Virus record (IMG/VR): IMGVR_UViG_3300037420_000585
Coordinates: 1 to 30,732 of that record
Length of the DNA: 30,732 nucleotides
Source of the DNA: a virus
Lineage: Duplodnaviria > Caudoviricetes
Strand: one strand, 5' to 3'
The translations under genes were made by a program, and so were the position numbers. Shown here piece after piece: positions 1-8,844 of this stretch (its first letter is position 1; every line of letters starts with the position of its first letter). The notes beneath the pieces are model-generated. The model saw nothing but the letters and a program-made list of their open reading frames with translations. It was not told the origin of the DNA and did not search any database.

Positions 1-333
1 TGGCCGGCTGATCCTCTGTGGCCGAACAAGAGCGCGCACCGTTACGTTGAGGCACGCTCACGCAAAGCGGCAAAGCGGGAAGCATACTACGCGACCAGGT
101 TGATGATGCCGCACGATTGGGCACCAGCTGGCGAGAAGGTCAGCGTTCACCTGATCGCTCACTGCAAGCCCACCGGCCCGCATCCCGATAAAGACAATAC
201 CGTCGCGGCCGTGAAAAGTCACCTGGACGGAATTGCTGATGCGATCGGCATGAACGACCGCAGCTTCGAGGCTCCCACCGTCTCATTCGCCGATCGCTGC
301 GAGCGCGGCAAGCTCATCGTGAGAATAGGCTGA
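1..333 (+). CDS. rusA: RusA-like Holliday junction resolvase (5' truncated)
   Basis: Frame open from base 1 (WPADPLWPN...), with PDKDN...KSHLDGIADAIGMND matching the RusA D-x-D-N / K-x-x-x-D acidic motifs. Confidence 0.75.
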   Translation, partial: WPADPLWPNKSAHRYVEARSRKAAKREAYYATRLMMPHDWAPAGEKVSVHLIAHCKPTGPHPDKDNTVAAVKSHLDGIADAIGMNDRSFEAPTVSFADRCERGKLIVRIG

Positions 334-560
334 TGCTCAAGCAAGCAACCGGCCGCGCATACGATTGGGACCAACAACGTCTCAACCGCATCCGAACCGC
401 CCAAATCAGATCGGACCTATCAACCGCTCGCCTTCAAGGAATGAAGGCCAGAACCAAGCTTAATCCTCCCCGACCAGCGGAAGGCAAATTCCCTCATCCA
501 GCGCGCACCTGTGCCGAGTGGCGCCCATTTGAAACTTGGCAGGAGCGCCGCAACCCATGA
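333..560 (+). CDS. Hypothetical protein
   Basis: 75 aa ORF coupled at both ends (TGATG and ATGA overlaps). Confidence 0.6.
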   Translation: MLKQATGRAYDWDQQRLNRIRTAQIRSDLSTARLQGMKARTKLNPPRPAEGKFPHPARTCAEWRPFETWQERRNP

Positions 561-886
561 TGGAACCTATCGAACTGCCGTCGCGCACGCGCGTCTCGCA
601 TCGTCCGACAACGCAGATCCAGGAGTTGGTTGCAGTCTCCTACGGGCTGCATCCCAAGCACATGGTGTCGCCAGAACGCAGACGAGACATTGCTTGGCCG
701 CGACAGATCGCAATGTACCTCACCCGCCAACTGACCAAAAGGTCATTGCCCTGCATTGGTGAGGCATTTGGTCACCGCGACCACACCACTGTCATCCACG
801 CCATAAAAGCCGTCGAGAAGAGGATGCAAGCCGATCCTCTCTACCGCGCTGATGTCCAGGCTCTGCGGAAGGCGCTGACGAAGTGA
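557..886 (+). CDS. DnaA C-terminal (domain IV) HTH protein
   Basis: IAWPRQIAMYLTRQLTKRSLPCIGEAFGHRDHTTVIHAIKAV is the DnaA_C signature; ATG 557 overlaps the upstream stop; AGGAG upstream. Confidence 0.9.
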   Translation: MMEPIELPSRTRVSHRPTTQIQELVAVSYGLHPKHMVSPERRRDIAWPRQIAMYLTRQLTKRSLPCIGEAFGHRDHTTVIHAIKAVEKRMQADPLYRADVQALRKALTK

Positions 887-1353
887 GCGATCTAGAACAA
901 ACCTTCGCCGATCTCCTTCAAGTGGTCGAGCTTGAGACGGATCACGCGCGCCCAGGAGAGAAGCCAGGATGGGTGTATTTCGTGGCCTGCCCAGCGACGA
1001 TGCGGCTCAAGATCGGCCATACCGGAGGCAACGTGTATGCTCGCGTCTCTGCCCTTCAGACGGGCTCGGCGAGTCCGCTCCGCCTTATGGCTAAACAGCC
1101 CGGAACGATAGATACCGAGCGCGCACTTCACGCGAGATTTGCCAAGCAGAGGGTGCAAGGGGAATGGTTCGAGGTAAACGGAGAAATCCTCGCCTACATG
1201 TGGGCCGTTGTCTGGGTCATGACCAGACTTTCCCTGAAATTTGGAGGCGACATCGAACCGTGGATGCTCTGCGGACTTCGCATGTTCGAGGATCAAGGCG
1301 GCCCACTCCCCGATGATCTCCACGCGCTTATTGCAAACGAGCCGGTTCACTAA
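883..1353 (+). CDS. GIY-YIG family nuclease (T5orf172/MUG113-like)
   Basis: GWVYFV...LKIGHT...RVSALQTGS...ERALHARFAKQRVQGEWF. Confidence 0.85.
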   Translation: MSDLEQTFADLLQVVELETDHARPGEKPGWVYFVACPATMRLKIGHTGGNVYARVSALQTGSASPLRLMAKQPGTIDTERALHARFAKQRVQGEWFEVNGEILAYMWAVVWVMTRLSLKFGGDIEPWMLCGLRMFEDQGGPLPDDLHALIANEPVH

Positions 1354-2162
1354 TGGCCGAGTTCCCCGCCCTTCCGCTGTGGACAGACGCCTACCTAGGC
1401 GACACCACACACCTGACGACGATCGAGCACGGCGCCTACCTCCTGTTGCTAATGACAGCATGGCGAACGCGCGACTGCGCGTTGCCTGACGATGACCGAC
1501 TGCTTGCCAGATATGCTCGCCTGAACACCCAACAATGGAAGAGAATGCGCCCGATCATCGAGGCGTTTTTCACGATCGAAAACGGATTCTGGAAGCAGGG
1601 TCGTTTAACAGACGAGAGGGGAGCTGTTGAACGGCATCGCCTTCAACAATCAGAGAAGGGTAAAGCTGGCGCGGCCGCTAAGTCTTTGAAAAGACAGGAG
1701 CGGGACAAAGCCGCGGCCAAATCTGGCTCAACCTCTGCTGAAGCCCAAGTTCAACCGGACGCAAGCTCCCTTACCCATACCCAATGTTCCGAAGATAAAT
1801 CTTCGGGCGGCGAGCCGCCTGCTGATCCGATCAAACAGGTTTTTGATCTTGGGGTGTCTATCCTGGTTGCTGCTAGCTGCACCGAGAAGAATGCCAGATC
1901 GCTCATCGGCAAATGGCGAAAATCCCACGGTGAGGCGAAGGTGCTTCAAGGCCTGCTCGATTGCCGGGCAAGAGGCATCAGTGATCCTGTCGAGTGGCTT
2001 GAGAAGCGCTTTGCCGGAAGCAAATACACCTCGGCCTCCGGTTACGAATATCGCGGCGACGAACGGGCTGTGATGCGTGAGGCCGAGAAGCGCGCCGATT
2101 GGGGCGTCTACTGGCAAGCCAAAGCGAACCTCGAAGGCGAAAGGCAAACAGCCAATGGGTGA
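1353..2162 (+). CDS. DUF1376/YdaU-family phage replication initiation protein
   Basis: N-terminus FPALPLWTDAYLGDTTHLTTIEHGAYLLLLMTAW...LPDDDRLLARYARL; position in replication module. Confidence 0.85.
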   Translation: MAEFPALPLWTDAYLGDTTHLTTIEHGAYLLLLMTAWRTRDCALPDDDRLLARYARLNTQQWKRMRPIIEAFFTIENGFWKQGRLTDERGAVERHRLQQSEKGKAGAAAKSLKRQERDKAAAKSGSTSAEAQVQPDASSLTHTQCSEDKSSGGEPPADPIKQVFDLGVSILVAASCTEKNARSLIGKWRKSHGEAKVLQGLLDCRARGISDPVEWLEKRFAGSKYTSASGYEYRGDERAVMREAEKRADWGVYWQAKANLEGERQTANG

Positions 2163-2325
2163 ACGCTCGTCCTGGACGCTGAAAGAGCATTGCGACCACG
2201 CCAATGCCCAGCTCGTGCTCAAGAACATCAATGAGGATCGCCGCAGAAAAGACATGGGCCAGGTTCGCTGGGTAATCCGCGACGGTCGCGTTGTCTGCGA
2301 GCTCTCACCCACCGGAGGAAGGTAA
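2155..2325 (+). CDS. Hypothetical protein (56 aa)
   Basis: ATG 2155 overlaps upstream gene end; stop TAA coupled to next ATG. Confidence 0.55.
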   Translation: MGERSSWTLKEHCDHANAQLVLKNINEDRRRKDMGQVRWVIRDGRVVCELSPTGGR

Positions 2326-2498
2326 TGACATCTGCCGAACAGAAAATCGCAGATCAGTGCTTTGCCGTTTTCCGTGACGCCTGCGCCGCATTCGAGCGCG
2401 GCGACATGGTTGAGCACGAACGGCTCAGGTTGGAGCACAAGAGACTTGCCGAGGTCCATAAGGCGTTGGCCGAGCGCGAAGAAAGCAGGGTTCAATAA
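2325..2498 (+). CDS. Hypothetical protein (57 aa, MTSAEQKIADQCF...; not in ORF track)
   Basis: GGAGGAAGG RBS; TAATG coupling at both ends. Confidence 0.65.
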   Translation: MTSAEQKIADQCFAVFRDACAAFERGDMVEHERLRLEHKRLAEVHKALAEREESRVQ

Positions 2499-2629
2499 TG
2501 GCCCGCGCTCTCGGTTTAGCGCTCAAGACAGTGGGCGGTATCGTCGGCTCAGCCTTCCTGCTGTGCCTCTCCATCGAAGGTTATCACTGGTTTCAGGTCT
2601 GGCAGATTTTACGCAAGGGAGAGCGTTAG
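2498..2629 (+). CDS. Small membrane protein (43 aa, MARALGLALKTVGGIVGSAFLLCL...; not in ORF track)
   Basis: TAATG coupling, one hydrophobic segment, TAG overlaps next GTG. Confidence 0.6.
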   Translation: MARALGLALKTVGGIVGSAFLLCLSIEGYHWFQVWQILRKGER

Positions 2630-3177
2630 TGGCAAGGCGTAAGCATAAAACCAAGGTCGATCAGGTCGCGAAGCTGGCAATGTCGATCTTGCCTCCAGAG
2701 CAGCTTCGCAACAACCTATACGAAATCTGTGGCGTGGCCAACCATAGCGTGGCCGACCAGCGCGACAGCATGAGCCTGAAGCGCACCAAAACGCTTCGCC
2801 GGCGTACCAGGATTGAGCTGATGCAGAGAGCCGGGATCATCAATGCCGAGCAGGCTGCGGCATGTGAATTTTACGCCGCCGCTTATCAGCTCGGGTTCCA
2901 GACGATCGGATGCACAGCCAATTATGGCGGAGCCGGAGGGGGATCTTTCGGCTCATCCGACCTGCTCTCCCGCTACAAAGCCCAAGCCGAGGCTCGTGAG
3001 AACTACCACTTCGCCCGCCTCGCCATTCCTGCTCACCTCTTGCCGTCGCTAGACGCGGTTGTGCTGGAGACCGGCAGACCACCGCAGATGATGCGGAAGG
3101 AGGAGAAGCTTAGGTTCAGCTTGGCGGCGTTTTTACTGCTCGGGCAGATCGGCCATATGCTTGCGATGGCCGCTTGA
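2629..3177 (+). CDS. DUF6456/GafZ-like late transcription antiterminator/activator (Q-position gene)
   Basis: GTG start after AAGGGAGAG; RIELMQRAGIINAEQAAACEFY...TANYGG...AQAEARENY...LDAVVLE pattern; last gene before the late promoter. Track ORF 2362 is over-extended. Confidence 0.6.
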   Translation: MARRKHKTKVDQVAKLAMSILPPEQLRNNLYEICGVANHSVADQRDSMSLKRTKTLRRRTRIELMQRAGIINAEQAAACEFYAAAYQLGFQTIGCTANYGGAGGGSFGSSDLLSRYKAQAEARENYHFARLAIPAHLLPSLDAVVLETGRPPQMMRKEEKLRFSLAAFLLLGQIGHMLAMAA

Positions 3178-3202
3178 CGACAAAGCGAGCCAACTATATA
3201 CA
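3174..3202 (+). promoter_or_regulatory. Putative sigma70 late promoter (pR'-like)
   Basis: TTGACG (3174-3179), 17 nt spacer, TATACA (3197-3202) in a locally AT-rich stretch just after the regulator gene. Confidence 0.55.
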
Positions 3203-3221
3203 AATCGCTAGATTGTTTTCG

Positions 3222-3260
3222 CGCGCCCGCAGCAACCGCTGTCAGGGCGCGTTTTCATTT
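3222..3260 (+). terminator. Intrinsic terminator/attenuator (tR'-like)
   Basis: CGCGCCC-g-CAGC aacc GCTG-tca-GGGCGCG hairpin followed by TTTTCATTT. Confidence 0.7.
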
Positions 3261-3298
3261 CGGCGCCAGAGTGTTTCCCCCTGCGCTCGCTCGCCGAT

Positions 3299-3383
3299 CC
3301 CCGCGCCCGATCATCCGACACACCCACTGGAAGCTCTAACGTAGCTTAGCCGGTCGGCAATGATTGCGGCGCGGGGTTTTATT
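3299..3383 (+). terminator. Long stem-loop with U-tract (second attenuator or structured leader RNA)
   Basis: CCCCGCGCC/GGCGCGGGG, CGATCAT/ATGATTG, CCGAC/GTCGG and inner AAGCT/AGCTT pairings, then TTTTATT. Confidence 0.55.
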
Positions 3384-3395
3384 CTGGAGGCCAGG

Positions 3396-3539
3396 ATGGG
3401 CGGTTTCGGACTGTCTACGCGCCTCAAGAATTTCGGGCGCCGTGGCAGCAGTGGCAGCACACCAACCAACGCAGTCACACGCGAAAATGGCGGATACGCC
3501 CTTCGTGAAGACGGCTCTCGCTTTTTGAGGGAGGCATAG
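3396..3539 (+). CDS. Small virion-accessory-like peptide (47 aa, MGGFGLSTRL...ALREDGSRFLREA; not in ORF track)
   Basis: GGAGG RBS; C-terminal LxEDGxxLLxE-type motif seen in phage fibre/decoration proteins. Confidence 0.65.
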   Translation: MGGFGLSTRLKNFGRRGSSGSTPTNAVTRENGGYALREDGSRFLREA

Positions 3540-3761
3540 TTGGCCGATACCAAGATTTCAGCTGAGACCGCAGCCAATGCCCTAGACGGAACCGAGCTTG
3601 TTCTTGGTGTCCAGGGCGGTGCCAACGTCAAGATCACTGGCGCCCAGATCCGAACCTACGCGCAAGCCAATCTCGGCACGGCATCACTCAAGAATCTCGC
3701 AGTCGGAACGTCCGCACCGGGCAGCCCATCGGTCAACGATCTCTGGGCCGACACCAACTAG
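3540..3761 (+). CDS. Small fibre/decoration module protein (73 aa)
   Basis: GGAGG RBS, TTG start; ADTKIS...LDGTELVLGVQGGANVKIT N-terminus and VGTSAPGSPSVNDLWADT C-terminus, both typical phage fibre motifs. Confidence 0.7.
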   Translation: MADTKISAETAANALDGTELVLGVQGGANVKITGAQIRTYAQANLGTASLKNLAVGTSAPGSPSVNDLWADTN

Positions 3762-3774
3762 AAGGATTTTCGGC

Positions 3775-4341
3775 ATGGCTGACAATGGACAATTCTTTCT
3801 CGATACAAAAACCCCGTTCCTCAACGCAGACCCTTCAGCGGTTACGCTCGCCACGACCTATAAGGCGCTGGTCCCGGCTGCCTCTCTTTCTCCGCTCGGC
3901 ACCAATTATTTCGGCTATGTCGGTAAGGCGGTGAGAATTTGGGCGTTCGGGCGCATCACGACCGCCGCCACGCCTGGCAATATCCAGCTCGGCATCCTCT
4001 ATGGGACAGGCGCAGACGCCAACGGAACGACCATCGTGCAAAGCGGAACGGTGGCCCTTGTTGCCTCACAGACCAACCTCAGCTGGTCGCTGGACGTTGA
4101 TATCGTCTGCCGTTCGATCGGCTCTGCGGGAACACTGATCGGGCTTGGAGAAGCGCATTTCAATGTTGGTGTTATTGCTTCGACCAACCAGCCCATCATG
4201 CTCCCGGCCTCGGCTCCTGCCGTATCGGCCAGCGTCGATCTCACCTCTGCGACCAGCCTGCTCAGCCTTCAGGCGCTGCGCTCGGGTTCAACCGCTGAGA
4301 CGATGCAGGTCCACGGCTTCAAGATGTTTGCGTTGAACTAA
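3775..4341 (+). CDS. Putative virion structural beta-sandwich protein (188 aa)
   Basis: GAAGGA RBS, ATG 3775 (track start 3598 over-extended); A/T/S/G-rich beta-strand composition. Confidence 0.65.
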   Translation: MADNGQFFLDTKTPFLNADPSAVTLATTYKALVPAASLSPLGTNYFGYVGKAVRIWAFGRITTAATPGNIQLGILYGTGADANGTTIVQSGTVALVASQTNLSWSLDVDIVCRSIGSAGTLIGLGEAHFNVGVIASTNQPIMLPASAPAVSASVDLTSATSLLSLQALRSGSTAETMQVHGFKMFALN

Positions 4342-5795
4342 TGCCTGTCCGGCTTATCGCCAGACAACCGCTGCGCTGTTCTAGTGGCGGATGGATGGTC
4401 GATAAGGGGCCACGCCCGGTCAATACGGCATCTATTCCAGCATCGTGGCGGCCCGCTCTGCTCAAGGCCTGGGACGGCACCCAGTGGGTGACGAAGCCGC
4501 TCAAAGTCTGGAACGGAACGGCGTGGGTCACAAAGCCCCTCAAGTTCTTCTCCTCCGCGCTGGTCAATACGCGCTCGCCTAATACCGCAGACGGGGCAGC
4601 TATTGTCGGACAGACACTCTTCGCTACCGACATGGGGGATTGGACGAGCACACCATCATCCTTTGTGATCGATTGGTATGACGATGTTGGTCTCGTCGAG
4701 TCGAACCAGGATTATTATCTGATCCCGGACATCGAACTCGCCCAGCATATTTATTACAAGGTCACGGCCACGCTCGGTGCGGAGACCGCCTCGGTGATGT
4801 CAGCTGGCACGGTCTCGGTGATCGATATCGATCTTTCGAACGCAATTGTCGATTTTTCGCGCACATCGGCTTCCGGTGTCGTTCCAATGACGTGGAGCCT
4901 CACCTTCGGCTCCAACGTTTACGCCGGCTACATGACGCGGTGGGAGGTCGCCGCAAGCAACAGCTTCTCAGAAACGACCAATCTTCAGGACGTTTACTAT
5001 CAACTGACCGACGATGATCTCCAGCCGGGGGTCAATCTAAGTTCGGCGCTCGCGGCAGCGGGACTAGGCGCAACCGTCACCGGCAGTATCAGTGGAACAA
5101 CCCTCACTGTCACCGCTGTTAGCCAAGGCACGTTGACTGTCGGGCAGGCGATCAGCGGAACGGGCGTCACGGCCGGAACAACGATCACTGCTTTGGGTAC
5201 GGGCACTGGTGGGACTGGAACCTATACCGTCAGCGCCTCGCAGACCGTCAGCAGCACGGACATCACTGCCGCTGTCGGTCCCACGCAATATATCCGCCTA
5301 ACGGTGTTCGCCACCAGCCCCAACGGAATTGGACATACCTACACTTATCCAGCCGCACTGACTCCAACCGATCCGGCTGGGCATCGTTATTGGAAATACA
5401 CGGTAACGGCGGGAAGCTATTCGATTCTTCGGACGATCGCTGTCGCCACCACTGTCAGTGGGACCGATATCGCTGGAGGTCGAACCTATAGCTACACGCC
5501 ATCCAACTGCGAGAATATCGGCGGGGCTTTCGACAGCGACCAGTGGTTCGATGCTAATACAGCGACGGCGGGCGGCTTTGACACCAACACTGCCGCACTT
5601 CCGAATGCCGTCACGATCGATTTCGGCAGCGCTGTCGATCTCCATGAACTTCGGCTCAGTCACTACAGCCCGACTGCTTTCCCGCCGAGTGCGTTCACCT
5701 TCGCTTATTCTGACGACAACTCGTCATTCACGACTGTTGTTTCCCCAAGCGGTCTCACCTGGACCTCTGACGAAATAAAGACCTGGAGCTGGTGA
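4341..5795 (+). CDS. Tail/head fibre-like adhesin with C-terminal discoidin (F5/8 type C)-like domain
   Basis: Tandem [26 protein letters not shown], an Ig-like segment, a [12 protein letters not shown] module, and HRYWK...IDFGSAV...[16 protein letters not shown]-terminus. Confidence 0.7.
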   Translation: MPVRLIARQPLRCSSGGWMVDKGPRPVNTASIPASWRPALLKAWDGTQWVTKPLKVWNGTAWVTKPLKFFSSALVNTRSPNTADGAAIVGQTLFATDMGDWTSTPSSFVIDWYDDVGLVESNQDYYLIPDIELAQHIYYKVTATLGAETASVMSAGTVSVIDIDLSNAIVDFSRTSASGVVPMTWSLTFGSNVYAGYMTRWEVAASNSFSETTNLQDVYYQLTDDDLQPGVNLSSALAAAGLGATVTGSISGTTLTVTAVSQGTLTVGQAISGTGVTAGTTITALGTGTGGTGTYTVSASQTVSSTDITAAVGPTQYIRLTVFATSPNGIGHTYTYPAALTPTDPAGHRYWKYTVTAGSYSILRTIAVATTVSGTDIAGGRTYSYTPSNCENIGGAFDSDQWFDANTATAGGFDTNTAALPNAVTIDFGSAVDLHELRLSHYSPTAFPPSAFTFAYSDDNSSFTTVVSPSGLTWTSDEIKTWSW

Positions 5796-7717
5796 TGATG
5801 AAGCATATTCTCATTGCCCTCTCTCTACTCCTTGGGCTGAGCGCGCCGGCCTACGCTGTGGAAATCAATAGCGATGTTGGCTGTGACAGCTCCGGCGCAT
5901 GGATGCCAGAAACGGGATGGTCGGTCTCGGGCTCAAAATGTGTAGCCTCGTCCGCAACCCGTATGAAAATGCTGATGCAGATGAGCTCTGCGATCAAGAA
6001 GAACCACGATTACAAGATCACTTTCACCGTCTCGGGAGTCTCTGGGTCTGGCAAACTACGCGCGTTCGTTGGTGTGCAGATGCCGAGCGCTCCCACGGGA
6101 ACAAACATCCTCGCTTCGTCGGTATCGGCGGTTCCTGATAACTTCACCACATCCCTCGGTCTGACCACCTCCGGCGCTATTTGGCGCAGCACGACCGGCC
6201 CTGGCGATGACCCTGAACGCAACGGATCAATGCGCATCTCGTGCATCAGTGCTGGCTTCAAGCGCGTCGATCCGCTGGTTTATCCCGGCACTCAGTCTCC
6301 GCACACGCACGAGTTTGTTGGTGCATCCAACATTGGTGAAAATTGGACTTACAACGACTTCCGCACCAAGGCGCAGTCGAGCTGCACCAACCTTTACGAC
6401 CCGAGGCACACGGTTTTGCGTTCTGGCTACTGGTTCCCAGCGGTCATCGACGGCAACGGGAATTACAAGCGCACCGCGCCGTTGCTGATCTATTACAAAG
6501 GACCTTCAAATCCTTCTCAGCCAGCAAGCGTGGCGCTGACCGGCTCGATTTCGGGAACGACCCTGACCGTCACTGCAAACGGCGGTGTTTCTGCCCCGAT
6601 CAGTCCTGACGGCGAGTTCATTACAGGCGCGGGAATCACGGCGGGGACGCAGATCATCAGCCAGCTCACCGGCACGAACGGAGACGTTGGCACTTACCAG
6701 CTTAATAACTCGATGACGGTTGGCTCAGAGACCATTACACTAATCTCGCCTTACAAGAACGCTGGAGAAGTTGACGGGACGGCCGCGTCGATGTGCGCCG
6801 CTTTCTCCACGACGACCGATTGCCAGAACGTCCCGCGCGGCCTTCGTTTCACCTTTGGCTATAAGGGATCGTTCAACGCCACGGTTTCGACCGACAATAA
6901 CTGCGGCCCGGACGATGCCGTGAATGTTGGTTCCTCGACCACCGAGCGGTGTTCCGGTAAGGACCTCATGGTAGCATGGCGCTGTGCCGGTGGTCCCAAT
7001 GGTGAAGGTGCCGCGACCGGCGTTGAATATACTTCGGCCTACACCACTCTTCATGCGATCATGGCTGCTGGTGTCTGCGTGGTTGGTTCGTGGGTTGAGC
7101 GGGCGATCGGCTTCCCGTCCTGCTGGGACGGAACCTATGTCGATACGCCTGACCACCGTGCTCACATGAGCTGGGGTAACGACACCGCGCATTGCCTCTC
7201 GGCTCACCCCGTCAAGCTTCCGCAGATCTCGTTGTTGTTGTCCTATCGTGTCGATCCGACATTCCTGGCCGGGCTCTGGCATCTGTCCTCAGATGAGATG
7301 GCTGCTTGCTATGACACTTCGGGTCTCGCTGGCTGCACCGAGCACGCGGATTATTGGGAAGCATGGTCAGACAGCGTTCGCGACACCTGGTTTCAGCATT
7401 GTAACTTGGCACACAACAGCTGCACCAATGATCTCGGTGACGGTACTTCGCTGAAGGGCGCCACGACGGACTCATTCGGCAATCCCAACGGCCCGATCTT
7501 CGGTTCGCAATTCCAATTGAACGACAGAACCCCACCCGAGAACCTTGGCATGTCGAAGGACATCACTGCCAACGGGACCTATACTGTGTACCTCCGCTCA
7601 CCCGCAGCGGGCGTGTGGGGTTTCATGGGGCTGAAGAACTTTTCGGGATCGGTTGACAGCATCTCGGTCACCGACCTTGGCCTTGCGGCGAAGGGACCAG
7701 TGACGGTCCACAATTAG
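5792..7717 (+). CDS. Secreted DUF1996-domain protein with phage fibre-type modules
   Basis: Signal peptide [20 protein letters not shown]; [30 protein letters not shown] and HADYWEAW motifs; Cys-rich; exact start could be 5792, 5795 or 5798. Confidence 0.85.
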   Translation: MMMKHILIALSLLLGLSAPAYAVEINSDVGCDSSGAWMPETGWSVSGSKCVASSATRMKMLMQMSSAIKKNHDYKITFTVSGVSGSGKLRAFVGVQMPSAPTGTNILASSVSAVPDNFTTSLGLTTSGAIWRSTTGPGDDPERNGSMRISCISAGFKRVDPLVYPGTQSPHTHEFVGASNIGENWTYNDFRTKAQSSCTNLYDPRHTVLRSGYWFPAVIDGNGNYKRTAPLLIYYKGPSNPSQPASVALTGSISGTTLTVTANGGVSAPISPDGEFITGAGITAGTQIISQLTGTNGDVGTYQLNNSMTVGSETITLISPYKNAGEVDGTAASMCAAFSTTTDCQNVPRGLRFTFGYKGSFNATVSTDNNCGPDDAVNVGSSTTERCSGKDLMVAWRCAGGPNGEGAATGVEYTSAYTTLHAIMAAGVCVVGSWVERAIGFPSCWDGTYVDTPDHRAHMSWGNDTAHCLSAHPVKLPQISLLLSYRVDPTFLAGLWHLSSDEMAACYDTSGLAGCTEHADYWEAWSDSVRDTWFQHCNLAHNSCTNDLGDGTSLKGATTDSFGNPNGPIFGSQFQLNDRTPPENLGMSKDITANGTYTVYLRSPAAGVWGFMGLKNFSGSVDSISVTDLGLAAKGPVTVHN

Positions 7718-7809
7718 GCTGAGTATGTATCTGAGCAGCGAGCCGTGCTCACGGTTCTGACGGGCGATCCAGCATTTATCGCATTCGCCAAAGGGCACAT
7801 GGAAGCAGC

Positions 7810-7920
7810 TCATCGCAACAACCACCATGCACATACGGCCACAACACCGACAGTGAACTGAACGCCGCCAACCGCAAGGAAGAACGGCCACCACTCTCGA
7901 ACAATAGAACGCATGAACAT
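7810..7920 (-). CDS. Small single-pass membrane protein (36 aa, MFMRSIVREWWPFFLAVGG...)
   Basis: GAGGGA RBS before ATG 7920 on the minus strand; fills the gap between + genes. Confidence 0.45.
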   Translation of the reverse strand: MFMRSIVREWWPFFLAVGGVQFTVGVVAVCAWWLLR

Positions 7921-7989
7921 ATCCCTCGCTAATACCGAGCAGAGGCAAGCCGATTCACTTACGTCAATATAAACAGGAAGTAAACGGAT

Positions 7990-8244
7990 ATGAGCGCAAT
8001 CGCTTCGGGCACTTCCAGCGTCCGCCTTCTCTCCGCGAGGGCCGGCAGAAACGGCTTCGTGGTCGAGAACAGCGATGCCAATCGCCTTCATGTGCTCCTC
8101 GGATCAGGAACCGCAGACACATCAACATCCTATAGCTTCAGCTTGGCCCAAAATGAGACATCCGCGCTTCTGACATACAATGGTGATGTATTCGGCATCT
8201 GGGCCGCTGACGGTTCTGGCTACGCACTCGTAACTGAATGGTGA
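7990..8244 (+). CDS. Small beta-rich virion-associated protein (84 aa)
   Basis: AGGAAG RBS; LLSARAGRNGFVVENS...GDVFGIWAADGSGYALVTEW pattern resembles small phage structural proteins. Confidence 0.7.
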   Translation: MSAIASGTSSVRLLSARAGRNGFVVENSDANRLHVLLGSGTADTSTSYSFSLAQNETSALLTYNGDVFGIWAADGSGYALVTEW

Positions 8245-8249
8245 GGACG

Positions 8250-8366
8250 ATGAGCGACAAATCCAAGCGTCCGCTTCCGCACGTACCTTCAGCAGATGAA
8301 CAGCGGGCCAGAGCTGCTCGCCAGGCAATGTTCAACGCCATGCTCAAGGATGCGCTAGATGGCTGA
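8250..8366 (+). CDS. Hypothetical protein (38 aa, MSDKSKRPLP...; not in ORF track)
   Basis: GAGGA RBS; overlaps terS start. Confidence 0.5.
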   Translation: MSDKSKRPLPHVPSADEQRARAARQAMFNAMLKDALDG

Positions 8367-8844
8367 GCGCGACTTCGCCGACGATATCGTGGAAGAACTG
8401 CTCGATCGAGTTTCCAAGGGAGAGCAACTCGTCAAGCTCTGCGCCGACAAGAGAATGCCAGCTCGCTCGACGGTCTATTCGTGGATTGATTGCGATCCTG
8501 ACTTTGCTGGACAGTTCCGTGCGGCGCGCGCGCGAGGTGTTCATGCTCTGGCTGAGCAATGCCTTGAGATCGCTGATGAGCCAGTGAGCAAGGACGACAG
8601 TGTCGCGGTCGCCAACAAGCGCGTTCGGATCGACACTCGTCTGAGGTTGGCAGGCAAATGGCTAGCCGCTGAATATGGCGACAAGCTCGACGTGAACTAC
8701 AATGCGGAGATCACGCATCGGCATGACCTTAGCGGCTACAGCACAGATGAACTCGACACGCTTGAAAAGCTTGTCGCAAAGAGTTCCGACGCTCCGAGAG
8801 ATACGGGCAGAGAGGGCGCGGAGAAGCCTGGGAGCGTTCACTAG
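8359..8844 (+). CDS. terS: Terminase small subunit (Sf6/P22-like)
   Basis: GEQLVKLCADKRMPARSTVYSWI...F..ARARG...LEIADE...RVRIDTR...KW...YGDK; directly upstream of terL. Confidence 0.9.
   Translation: MAERDFADDIVEELLDRVSKGEQLVKLCADKRMPARSTVYSWIDCDPDFAGQFRAARARGVHALAEQCLEIADEPVSKDDSVAVANKRVRIDTRLRLAGKWLAAEYGDKLDVNYNAEITHRHDLSGYSTDELDTLEKLVAKSSDAPRDTGREGAEKPGSVH

Noticed and set aside
2362-2628. N-terminal extension of the 271 aa track ORF
   Set aside because: The region is better explained by two coupled small genes in other frames and a GTG start at 2629
3261-3383. tRNA gene in the late leader
   Set aside because: No T-loop GTTCRA or cloverleaf; folds as long hairpins
3396-3761. In-frame TAG between the 47 aa and 73 aa ORFs, suggesting readthrough or stop reassignment
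   Set aside because: The downstream TTG has its own GGAGG, and TAG terminates other genes (terS, portal) normally
4341-7717. Diversity-generating retroelement or invertible fibre cassette
   Set aside because: No reverse transcriptase or invertase in the window; the repeated module is diverged at the DNA level and is not an adenine-specific TR/VR pair
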